DNA of 64,000 nt from Anaeramoeba ignava BMAN (Eukaryota > Protista > Anaeramoebae), in the NCBI GenBank assembly GCA_028826165.1, contig JAPDFW010000053.1, forward strand, positions 62,001 through 126,000, in the 5' to 3' direction. Position 1 is the first letter of the stretch. Every line of letters starts with the position of its first letter. Shown piece after piece: positions 26,671 through 39,300 of this stretch. Below the pieces are notes generated by a model. It did no database searches. It was not told the origin of the DNA and saw nothing but the letters and a program-made list of their open reading frames with translations. Both the position numbers and the translations under genes were made by a program.

Positions 26671-29600
26671 TCATTTCTTTTTAGATTTTTGTTTTTGATC
26701 ACTAGAATAACTTGAAGTATTTTGTTTATTTTCATCATCACTAATATATTCATTATCACTTTCTTTATCACTTTCATTATTACTTTCTTTATCATTTTCT
26801 TTATCACTTTCTTTATCACTTTCTTTATCACTTTTGTCACTTTGACTTTTACTTTTACTTTTACTTTTACTTTTACTTTTACTTTTACTTTTACTTTTAC
26901 TTTTACTTTTACTTTTACTTTTACTTTTACTTTTACTTTTACTTTTACTTTTACTTTTACTTTTACTTTTACTTTCTTTATCATTTTCATTGTCACTTTG
27001 ACTTTTACTTTTACTTTTACTTTTACTTTTACTTTTACTTTTACTTTTACTTTCTTTTTCATTTTCATTATTGTTTTCATCATTTTCATCATTTTCATCA
27101 TTTTCTTTTTCATTTTCAATTTTAATTTCATCTTCAATTTCTTTTAATTCCATTTTATGAATTTCTTCATATTTATCTTCTAAAATCCTTGTTTCTCTTT
27201 TTGATCTTTCTTCATCATCTTCAAATGAATCACAATGTAAAATTGTAAGAAGTTGATCATAAATTTTTTCAGAAAAAAAACAAGTAGAACAAATTCTAGA
27301 ACAATATTTAAACTGAGAAAGAGCATTTTGTGCTTTTGTTGCTTCTTTTAACGAAGAAAAAAGAACATAAATTCTTCCAAAATGATTTGCTCTTTCTTCA
27401 TCAAGAGGATCAATTTCTTGATTTAGATTTTGATTTTGATTTTGGTTTTGATTTTGATTTTGATTTAGATTTTGATTTAGATTTTGATTTAGATTTTGAT
27501 TTAGATTTTGATTTTCAAATTCATTTTGATTTTCATCTTGATTTTCAAATTCATTTTGATTTTCAAATTCATTTTGATTTTGATTTTCATCTTGATTTTC
27601 ATTTTCATCTTCATCTTCAATTTCAATTCCATTCTCATCTTCATTTAAATTCTGAATTTGATTTTGAAGTTTATTTTGAATTTGATTTTGAATTTGATTT
27701 TGATTATCATTTGCATTTTTATTTTCATTATCATATTGATTAATAATTTCATTAAAATTCATTTGATCTTTCAATTCATAATGAAAATCTGAAGGATCAA
27801 GTTTAATAACAGAAATTCTTGGTTTGATTTCATTTTTTGGAGGTTTTGGAACTAACATTGAAACAACTTTGCCATAATTTTCACATTGATTTCTAATATC
27901 ATTAACAAATTCCAAATAGATTTTGTCTGAAAAGAAAAAATTTTTTGGAGCGATATTTAAAAGTAAAACAACTTTTGAAGGTGAAATTCCAGGAATTGAA
28001 AGTGGATTGTTAATGGAACTAACAATAGCAAGTGGAGTTGACATATTAAGGATATTTTCAAGTGATAAATTGTCTAAAATAATTGGACTTAAAATTGATT
28101 TTGTTTTTAATGAACTATATTTTGTTTCTGATCCTGATAATGCTAATTGTTGTGCAATTTTTTGTGCTTCAATTATTTCTTGTGATATCGTAACTTGTGG
28201 TGGTGTTGTTGTTGTTGTTGTTAATTGTGGTTGTGTAATTGATACTTGTTGTTGTTGTTGTAATTGTTCATGAATTTGTTGTATTTGTTGTTGAATTTGA
28301 AGAGTATTTTGTTCAGGAATCATATCAGGTTTCTAAATTTATTTTTGAATTTATTTTTGAATTTATTTTGAATTAATTTTATTTTTGATTTAAATTTATA
28401 ATTAAATTTTATTTTGATTTAAATTTATTTTTATTTTTGATTTAAATTTTATTTTTATTTAAATTTATTTTGATTTAAATTTATTTTTGAATTTATTTTT
28501 ATTTTTGAATTAAATTTATTTTTGATTTGAATTTATTTTTGAATTAAATTTTGATTTAAATTTATTTTGATTTAAATTTTATTTTGAATTAAATTTATTT
28601 TTGATTTAAATTTATTTTGATTTAAATTTATTTTGATTTAAATTTATTTTTGATTTAAATTTATTTTTAATTAAATTTATTTTGAATTAAATTTATTTTT
28701 GATTTAAATTTATTTTTGATTTAAATTTATTTTGATTTAAATTTATTTTTAATTAAATTTATTTTTGATTTAAATTTATTTTGATTTAAATTATTTTTGA
28801 TTTAAATTTATTTTTGATTTAAATTTTGATTTAAATTTTATTTTGAATTAAATTAATTTTGAATTAAATTTATTTTGAATTAAATTTATTTTGATTTATT
28901 TTTATTTTTGATTTATTTTTATTTTTGAATTAAATTTATTTTTGATTTAAATTTATTTTGATTTAAATTATTTTTAATTAAATTTATTTTTGATTTAAAT
29001 TAATTTTGATTTAAATTTTATTTTGATTTAAATTTACTTGTTTTGCTCCTAGATATGCTCGTTGAACTTTTAAAACTTTATCTCCAAAAGCACATCCATT
29101 TAATTTTTGACAAACAAGATCAGTTACTGAAGTGTTTATATATTCAAAAAAACCAAAACCTCGAGAAAGTCCTGTTTGATGATCTTTAACAAGAGAAAAA
29201 CTTTTTAATTCTCCAAATTGTTGAAGCATTTTTTTCACTTCTTCTTCTCCTAATTGTGGTGGTAATCCTCCAATAAAAATGTTATCTTCAGATGTATTAT
29301 TTCCTATTAAACTTGGATCAATTCCTTTTTAATTTTTGATATTAATTTTTATTTTAATTTTAATTTTAATTTTAATTTTAATATTAATTTTAATTATAAT
29401 TTTAATTTTAATTTTAATTTTAATTTTAATTTTAATTTTAATATTAATTTTAATATTAATTTTAATTTTAATTTTAATTTTAATTTTAATTTTAATTTTA
29501 ATTTTAATATTAATTTTAATATTAATTTTAATTTTAAATTTAATTTTAATTTTAATATTAATTTTGATTTTAATTTTAATTTTAATATTAATATTATTTT

Positions 29601-30992
29601 TAATTATAATTTTAATTTTGATTTTAATTTAAATTTAATTTTAATTTTGATTTTAATTTAAATTTAATTTTAATTTTGATTTTAATTTAAATTTAATTTT
29701 AATTTTTGATATTAATTTTTAATTTTAATTTTAATTTTAATTTTAATTTTAATTTTAATTTTAATTTTAATTTTAATATGAATAAAAAATACCCTCTTGA
29801 GCTTGAACAAAATGAGTAGGTCTTTTAATTTTCAAATTAAAACCATTAAAATTCAAATTATCCAAATCCATAGCTCTAGTAGCCAAATCCTTTGATTTAA
29901 ACTGAACAAAAGCATAATTTTTATCATTATGAACTTTAACATCAATAATAGGATCAGGATCACCATCATTGAGTCCAAAATTATTGATAGCATTTGTAAG
30001 GGCTTGCTTAAGAGAATCGGGATGAAGTCTTGGTGGAATATTTCCTACATATATTTTATATGAAGCAAGTTCTGATTTTGACATTGTTTTCGTTTTTGTT
30101 ATTTGTTGTCCAATTCCTTCTGCTACTTGCTTCGCTGTTTCCATTATTTGTTGTGTTAAAAGTGGATTAGAAAATGTTCTTTGTTCATCCCATCCTCCTA
30201 TTCTTCCAAATCTTGTTTCAATTTCTATTCATTTTATTTTATTAAATTTATTATTAAAATAATTATTAAATTTATTATTAAAATTATTATTAAATTTATT
30301 ATAAAAATTATTATTAAATTTATTATTAAAATTATTATTAAAATTATTATAAAAATTATTATTAAAATTATTATTAAAATTATTATTAAATTTATTATTA
30401 AAATTATTATTAAAATTATTATTAAAATTATTATTAAAATTATTATTAAATTTATTATTAAATTTATTATTAAATTTATTATTAAAATTATTATTAAAAT
30501 TATTATTAAAATTATTATTAAATTTATTATTAAATTTATTATTAAAATTATTATTAAATTTATTATTAAAATTATTATTAAAATTATTATTAAATTTATT
30601 ATTAAATTTATTATTAAAATTATTATTAAAATTATTATTAAATTTATTATTTAAAATTATTATTAAAATTATTATTAAAATTTATTATTAAATTTATTAT
30701 TAAAATTATTATTAAAATTATTATTAAAATTATTGAAAATGAAAATACTTTTTCAGTAACTAATTGAATAAGATCTTTCATGCCTTCTTTCTCTTCTATA
30801 ATTATAATTAGAATCATAATCATAATCATAATCATAATCACGATGTGGAGATGATTGTTTTCTTTTATAGTCAGAATGATGATGATGTTGTTGATGTTTT
30901 GAATGACTTGATCTTCTTCTAGAATATCTTTCTTGTTGATTTGATTTATCATTTTTAGATGAACTTCTTCTTTTTTCTTCTGTTGTTTCCAT
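26671..30992 (-). CDS. U2AF2: U2AF large subunit (U2AF65), 4 exons, with an NQ insert in the UHM and an SK-repeat C-terminal tail
   Basis: N-terminal RS/RY region, ULM-like GGWD, RRM1 KIYVGNIP…KNYAFVQF…LKIKRP, RRM2 IFIGGLP…TGLSRGFGFFEY…LKVQRA, UHM SKVVLLLN…DIRNQCENYG…GRIYVLF. Confidence 0.9.
26845..27052 (-). repeat. Coding (AGTAAA)n repeat encoding poly-SK
   Basis: Direct repetition in frame in the U2AF65 tail. Confidence 0.85.
28335..30735. repeat. U2AF65 intronic repeats: ~16-17-bp GATTTAAATTTATTTT (28335-29035), (TTTTAA)n (29335-29775), 12-bp ATTAAAATTATT (30240-30735)
   Basis: Direct repetition; each intron carries a different unit. Confidence 0.85.
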
Positions 30993-31544
30993 TAATAAAT
31001 TTTTGGAATAAAAATAAATGAAAAAAATGAAAAAAAAATGAAAAAAAAATTATTTAACGTTTTATTTTTTTCTTTTTATTTTTTTTATAATTAATTTTAA
31101 TAATTAATAATAATAAAATAATAAAGTATAAATTAAATATAAATAAAATATTTATTAATTACTTATTAAATATGATTTAATTTTAAATAAAAATTAAACT
31201 AAAATAAATATAATTAAATTTAAATAAAAATATAATTAATTTTTAATAATTAATAATAAAATAATAAATTATAAATTAAATAGAAATAAAATATTTATTA
31301 ATTACTTATTAAATATAATTTAATTTTAAATAAATTAAAATTATTATTAAATTAATAAAATTAAAATAATTTTATTAATTAATAATAATAAATTATTATT
31401 AAATTTGAAATAAAATATTTACTAATTACTTATTAAATATAATTTTAAATTTATTATTAAAAATCAAATAAAATTATTATATAAATTTAATTAAAATTAT
31501 AATAAAATTTTAAAAAATAAAAAAAAATTTTAAAGTAAATTAAA

Positions 31545-31800
31545 TTGAATAAAAATCTTCATTAATTATTTATTAAATATAATTTAATTTTCTTTAAATA
31601 TTAAATTATTAAATCATAATCATAATCAATTTTAAGGATGATTGTTTTCTTTTATAAATTAAAGAAATGAAAATATTTGTTAATTATGTTTTGAATAATT
31701 TGATTTTAAATAAAAATCTTTCTTGTTAAATTAGAACTTCTTCTTTTCTTCTGTTGTTTCCATTAATAAATTTTGGAATAAAAATAAATGAAAAATGAAA
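31545..31800 (-). pseudogene. Decayed duplicate of U2AF65 exon 1 and its proximal promoter
   Basis: 31734-31800 is near-identical to 30961-31030 (gaacttcttc…ttctgttgtttccattaataaat…ggaataaaaataaatgaaaaa); 31612-31655 matches 30825-30870; the intervening sequence has indels and AT decay. Confidence 0.75.
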
Positions 31801-31829
31801 AAATATAATTTAATTTTAAATTTAAACTA

Positions 31830-33245
31830 AAATTAAAATAATTTTAATAATTAATAATAATAAAATAATCAAGTATAAATTAAATAGAAATAAAATATTT
31901 ATTAATTACTTATTAAATATAATTTAATTTTAAATAAAAATTAAACTAAAATAAATATAATTAAATTTAAACAAAATTAAAATAATTTTAATAATTAATA
32001 ATAATAAAATAATCAAGTATAAATTAAATAGAAATAAAATATTTATTAATTACTTATTAAATATAATTTAATTTTAAATAAAAAATTAAACTAAAATAAA
32101 TATAATTAAATTTAAACAAAATTAAAATTAATTTTAATAATTAATAATAATAAAATAATCAAAGTATAAATTAAATAGAAATAAAATATTTATTAATTAT
32201 TTATTAAATATAATTTAATTTTAAATAAAAATTAAACTAAAATAAATATAATTAAATTTAAACAAAATTAAATTAATTTTAATAATTAATAATAATAAAA
32301 TAATAAAGTATAAATTAAATAGAAATAAAATATTTATTAATTATTTATTAAATATAATTTAATTTTAAATAAAAATTAAACTAAAATAAATCTATTTAAA
32401 TTTAAACAAAATTAAATTAATTTTAATAATTAATAATAATAAAATAATAAAGTATAAATTAAATAGAAATAAAAAATATTTATTAATTATTTATTAAATA
32501 TAATTTAATTTTAAATAAAAATTAAACTAAAATAAATATAATTAAATTTAAACAAAATTAAATTAATTTTAATAATTAATAATAATAAAATAATAAAGTA
32601 TAAATTAAATAGAAATAAAATATTTATTAATTACTTATTAAATATGATTTAATTTTAAATAAAAATTAAACTAAAATAAATATAATTAAATTTAAACAAA
32701 ATTAAATTAATTTTAATAATTAATAATAATAAAATAATCAAGTATAAATTAAATAGAAATAAAATATTTATTAATTACTTATTAAATATAATTTAATTTT
32801 AAATAAAAATCAAACTAAAATAAATCTAATTAAATTTAAACAAAAATTAAATTAATTTTAATAATTAATAATAATAAAATAATCAAGTATAAATTAAATA
32901 GAAATAAAATATTTATTAATTACTTATTAAATATAATTTAATTTTAAATAAAAATTAAACTAAAATAAATATAATTAAATTTAAACAAAATTAAAATAAT
33001 TTTAATAAATTAATAATAATAAAATAATCAAAGTATAAATTAAATAGAAATAAAATATTTATTAATTACTTATTAAATATGATTTAATTTTAAATAAATA
33101 TTAAACTAAAATAAATATAATTAAATTTAAACAAAATTAAAATAATTTTAATAATTAATAATAATAAAATAATAAAGTATAAATTAAATAGAAATAAAAT
33201 ATTTATTAATTATTTATTAAATATAATTTAATTTTAAATAAAAAT
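31830..33245. repeat. ~145-bp AT-rich tandem satellite, about 10 copies, plus 2-3 degenerate copies at 31085-31500
   Basis: Anchor AAGTATAAATTAAATAGAAAT at about 31871, 32015, 32162, 32306, 32450, 32596, 32740, 32885, 33031 and 33175. Confidence 0.9.
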
Positions 33246-33326
33246 CAATCTTAATAAAATTTCAAAATTCATTTTTTTTCATTTTTTTTCATTTTTTTTT
33301 CTTCTTTTTTCTTTTTGTTTTATAAA

Positions 33327-36300
33327 ATGGAAAATAATCAAATTGAAATTGAAATTGAAAAACAATTCTTTTTAAGTTTCCCAAATGGAAATGACTTTTT
33401 TGAAAAATGGAAAATTTTTAGATTAAAAAACATTTCAGAAGTAAACATATATTTCCATTTAAAAAGAAATATAAATTGAAATATAAATTGAAATTGAAAT
33501 TGTTTTTATCAATAAAATTAAAAAGATAAAAGAAAACTTTGTTGAATTTTGTTCATCTTTTCAAAAATTATTTGAAGATTGGAATCCAATAGAAACCAAA
33601 AAAAATAAAGATGAAATTAATGCATTTGAAAAAAATTTTAATGCAGAAGAAATTAATCAAGCAATTTCTCAAAAAGAAGCTCATCCTTTAAGATTTTTAA
33701 TTTTTATGTTGAACATTTTGATTTATTTAAATATTCTTATTCAAGGTTTTTGATATTTTTATTTTTCAAAAAAGAAAAGAAAAAAATTCATCATCAAAAA
33801 AAAAAAAAAAACAAAAAGAGGATCAAAAAGAAAACCAATTTGGAGAAAAGAAAAACACGATTCAATATCACAAAAAATTGATCTCTCTATCTGTCATTTC
33901 AATTCTTGCAAAATCAAAATTCAATCGACAGATTTTATTTGAAAATGCAATTTTCCAAATTCTTTATGATTTATTGAAAAATACAAAAAATAATTTACAA
34001 TTAATGGAAAAAATAAGAGTAAATCACAATTTATAATCAAAAATATTAATATATTAATATTAATATTAATTAATTAAGGATTCGGATCCAAAAAGATCAT
34101 TTTGCTATTTGATTGAAATTCAATTTATTCTTTCTGAAGTTATGAAAATTATAAAGCATTTTTTGAAAAGACGAAATGTTTTTCCAAACAAAGAAATTCT
34201 AAAATCAATCAAAGATTCAAATCTCATTTCATTAATGATTGGTATTGTGGAAAGAATAAAATTTTTCTCAATTCAAAATTAAAAATTCAAAATTCAAAAT
34301 TAAAAATTAAAAATTGGAAATTAAAATTCAAAATTTAAAATAGAATGGTTCTTAATCCATTTAGAACTTAAAAAGAAATTACTTTTCACTAAAAAACAAT
34401 ACGATGTTGAGTTATTAATTTTTCAAAATGTTGAAAGTTGTTATCAATTTGGATTATTATCAGAAGAAGAAAAACTCGATCTAATTATCATTCTTTTTGA
34501 TTTTTTCAAAGTTCCAAAATTATCAAACCTTCCAAATCTTGGAATTGAAAATGAAAATGAAAATGAAAATGAAAATGAAAAATTTGAAGATCATTTCGAA
34601 ACAAATTTCTTTGCATTTGATCCAAAAATTAAACAAGAAGAAAATGCAATTCTTTTAGACAATTTAAAAATAAAGAAAAATTCTCTAATTCATTTTGAAT
34701 GTGATTTTCGTTCAAATATGTTTAAATTTACCCAAGTTATTGTTGAAAGAGAAAATATTGTTGAAGAATTTAATAATCATGATAACATTTCAAATCTTCG
34801 AGATTTTATTCTTTGGATTGCTTATTCTTTCAAACCCCCATTTACAAAGAATTGGAAAAAATTTATTAAATCTAAAGAAAAAGAAAAAGAAAAAGAAAAA
34901 GAGTCTTTGCAAAACTTCAAAAAAATTACAGAAATTAAATTATATCATCCATATTTCGATACACTCTTTAATCATCTCAGAAATTTCCAAAATATTCAAC
35001 AATCAAATCAAATCAATTCATCAAAAGAAAATATTAGAACAGAAATGAAAAAATTCACAAATCAAACGAAACAAAAAGTCAACAATTTCAAAGAGAGATT
35101 AATCTTAATATATCTTGGATTATTCAAAAATCCTGAAGATCAATCAAATTCTAATTTCAATAATTTATCAAGTCAAAAAATCATTAAAATTCAAAAATAT
35201 ATCAGAAATATTTATCCTGAACTTCAAATGTATATTTTGTTTGAATTAAAAAGAATGATAATTGATGAAGTTCATGATGAAGAAATCCTTCAATTTTTTC
35301 AAAAAAATAATGGATGGGAAACTTGCTTTTCAGATTATTTTATTCGAAAAAATATTATTGATTTAAATGTAAATAAGGATTAATTTTTATCCATTTACTA
35401 AATTTTTCATAAAATTGCTTTTTTTTTTTCTTCAATTAGATTGATGATAACGATAAAATTAGTTTGGAGGAAATGAATACAAATTTACAAACATTATTAA
35501 TTGATTTCGTTTCCAATATTCTCGCAAAATATCAAAATAACTTTGATTATCAATTTCTTTTTCGACAAGTTTTGAAAAATGAAAAAATTATATCAAATTC
35601 TTTTTTGTTAAATCGTTTTTTGGAAATGATAATTGAAATGATCAAAAAAAAGCCCAAGATTACATCAAACAAAATCATTGGGAACGAAGGATTTCAATCT
35701 ATTAATTATTTTCTTTTTCAATTCATTCCTCAAAATCCAAAAAATCAAAATCAACCCAAAACTGAGAAATTATTTTTTGAAATTCTCAACTTATCTCTTC
35801 AAAATGGATCTGTGGAAATCATATTAAAACATCCAGAAATTATCAATTTTTTGATTGAATTGGTTTATCATGAAAAAACGCAAAAGCTTTCCCTTGTTTA
35901 TTTCCCAAAGTTTTTAGAAACAGTCAAAAATTATGATGGAGAAAATGAACAAGAATTTACAACATATCTAATTCAACAGTTATTTTTGATAAACCAAAAA
36001 GAAAACAACGCAAAAAATCTGAATTTAAATCAAAAACAAAATGAAAACGATTTTGAGAATTTGATCAAAAGTCTCACTTCAGAATGTTTGAAATCCATTT
36101 CCAAAAACCAAAAGGTTATCCAACAAATATTCTTGAAGACAAATTTATTAATCATTTCAGCAACATTTTTTGAAGACAAAAATCCAAGCAATACCTATTT
36201 TTCGTTACAATTAATCAAGGAAGTTATCAAAAACAATGAAGAGATGATGAAAAAATTTCAGGAATTAATTTCAGTTTCAAAATTTGTTTCAATTCTTTAC

Positions 36301-39300
36301 GAAATTGAAAAAAGAAACCCATCAATGCAAACTCTCCAAATACTTTTAGATTTAATGGTAAATAATGGGAAATTTTCAATGAAAAAGAATTTTCTGATCA
36401 GAAACTCAAATATGATAAATGTTATTTTGGAGCTTTTTTCCATAAATTTCAAAAAAGAAATACAGAACGCAAAAAATAACCCAAATCAGGAATATCGAGA
36501 CGGATTCTTTTTCCTTGAAATTTTGAAAATATTTGACGAAATATCGAAAAAATCAATTCATAATATTTGTTACTGTTGTGAAAGAGGAATCATTTCATTA
36601 TCACTTGAACTGATTTCGGAAATTAGCAACCCAACAATATTCAAAGAAATTATAGAAATTATCGGCAATTTCGCACTATTCAAAATTAGTGTTTATGAAA
36701 TGAAACAATATTTCACAATATTGAAAAATCAATTAAATCATCAACAAAAAAACAACAATAATAATAATAACAATTTCCCACAATTAATGATGAATGTATT
36801 AAGAAAAATTAATCAAAAATCAAAAGAGGAAATCCCAATAAATTTGTTTGATTTTTATGAAGAAGATTCAAACATTCAACTTCCAAATTTCAAATCCTCT
36901 TTGATTTTTAGAAAATTTAGTTTTTGTTGTTGGATAAGAATTGAAGAATTTGGAACAACCTTTTTCTCGAAATCACTCAGACAAAGGGAATATAATCCAA
37001 GAATATTTAGTTTTTTAACAGAAAACAATAAAGGAATTGAGCTTTATTTTGAGACTGATTACAAAAACACAAATCAATCGAAATCAGTTATTTATCAAAT
37101 TTATATTAATCAAGAAGAAACGATTAAAGCAAAATTCCAAATACAAATTGAAAGGAAGAAATGGTACTTTTTGGTATTCACACATAAATATGTCAAAGCA
37201 GACTCAGAAATTGAAGTTGGTATTTATCTCAATGGAAAAAAAGAAGAATCTAAAACAATCCAAATTCACAAAATATTTGAAAAACAAGAAAAATTTACTC
37301 AAAATAGATTAGGTTCAACTTTCCCATTTTCGATTCAATCTTCAAATCAGAACCCAAATCCTATTGAAAAAATAAATGAAAATTCAATTTTTGGACAAAT
37401 GGGAACAATTTATATTTTCAAGGAAATTCTCAACGAAATTGAAATTGAAAAAATCTATATTCTTGGCCCAAATTATAAATCATTTTTTTATTCAAATGAA
37501 ATGTTCCAGATTTCAAATTCAAAAAATGAGAAATTATTAAAAGAAAATCTCAACAGAAAAATAACCCAAAAAATACTAATTTTTCATAATCCAAAAGCTA
37601 TAAAAGAAAATTTATGTTTAAATCAAAGTCCAACAAATATTATAAAAGAATCATCTCAAATGACAAAAATTAAAACATTTACATTAACAAATATTCAAGA
37701 TGTTATTGATTGTTTGGGAGGAATTCAATCATTTTTCTATTTAATTTTTGAAATTGATCATCTATTTGATGAAAATTTAATTCAAAATCAAAATCAAAAT
37801 CAAAATCAAAATCAAAATGAAGCAAAATTACTTTTTGAAGAGTTTTTAAGAATAATTCGTGATTATTTATTGAATAACTTTGATTTCCAACAAGAAATGA
37901 TCCAAAAAAAATCATTCCAAATTTTTAATATTTTACTTAAAAAAATTCATCCAAAATACTTTTCAAAACAAATTTATTATTTGATAAGAATAATTACAGA
38001 AAACATTCAAAATGAAAAATTCCAACTCAAAATGAAAAAATATCTAATTTTTGATTATAAATTATGGAAAATTTTCAATTTCGGAATTCAAAATCAATTA
38101 ATTGAAACTATTCAAATTTGTATTCAGAATCAAATTATGAAACAAAATGATAATCAAAATCAAATCAACAGCAAATCAAATATAAACATTACAGATGTAT
38201 TAATTTTCATCAATTTATATGATAAAATGTTATACAAAACACAAAAATTGAATGAAAATGAAAATGAAAATGAAAATGAAATTGAAAATGAAAATGAAAA
38301 TGAAAATGAAAATGAAAATGAAAATGAAAATAAAATTATTGAAATTTCTAAAAAAATCTTCCAATTAATCAAGTTCCTTTTAAATAACATTCCATTTCAA
38401 TCACAAAAAAACTCAATTCATGATTTAATCAAAAGATGCTTCATTTTCAAAACACAATATTTTATAGAATCCACATTTGAATTGATCCATAATTACATTT
38501 CAAATAATTCAAACCAACTTTGGAAACAGATATTCTCAAATGAATTATTCTATTTATTTATTCAATTAATGAAAGAAAACAAAAGTACCAAAATAATTGA
38601 AATGTTTCTTGAGATTATTCACTTCAGTAATTTTTTCGTTAATGAAAACATACTCCAACTATCTCAAGCATTGGAACAAAATAATATCAAAACAAATAAA
38701 TTTAAGGATGTTTATTGCTTAATTCACAAAATTCTAATTGAAAATATGAATAATATTTCTCAAAAAATCGTAGATATTCTTTTTAGAATGATAATTGAGG
38801 AAAATGATAAAAATCAAACAGAACCAAAAATGATACAAAATCCATTCATTTTAGAAACAATTTGTGAAATATTCAAACAAAAACCAAATTTGATTCATTT
38901 TGAATACTTCCAGAGTTTGTTTAAAAACATTGACGAAAATGATTTAAATAAGCAAGAAATCATATCACAATTTGGTTGGCAGAAATGGATGCTTTCTTTC
39001 ATAAATTCAAATCAAGATCACAACCAAATTATATTCAATATTCTCAATTTATTATTTGTTTATTCCTTTTGCAATCCATCTTATAATTTCCCAAAAGTAT
39101 TTGAACAATTCCTTTCATTAATTCATTTAATTGATATTTTTGAATCAAAACAGAAAAAGGATCAAGTAATTCAAAAAATAATAAATGATTTGATTGCTGA
39201 TCTTCTTCAAAATACAGAAATACTAAATCCTCAACAACAAAATGAACAAAAGGAACAAAAGGAAAATAATAGTAATAATAATAATAATAGTATTATTATT

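Noticed and set aside
31830-33245. CRISPR-like array
   Set aside because: The units repeat in full with no unique spacers, the context is eukaryotic, and there are no cas genes
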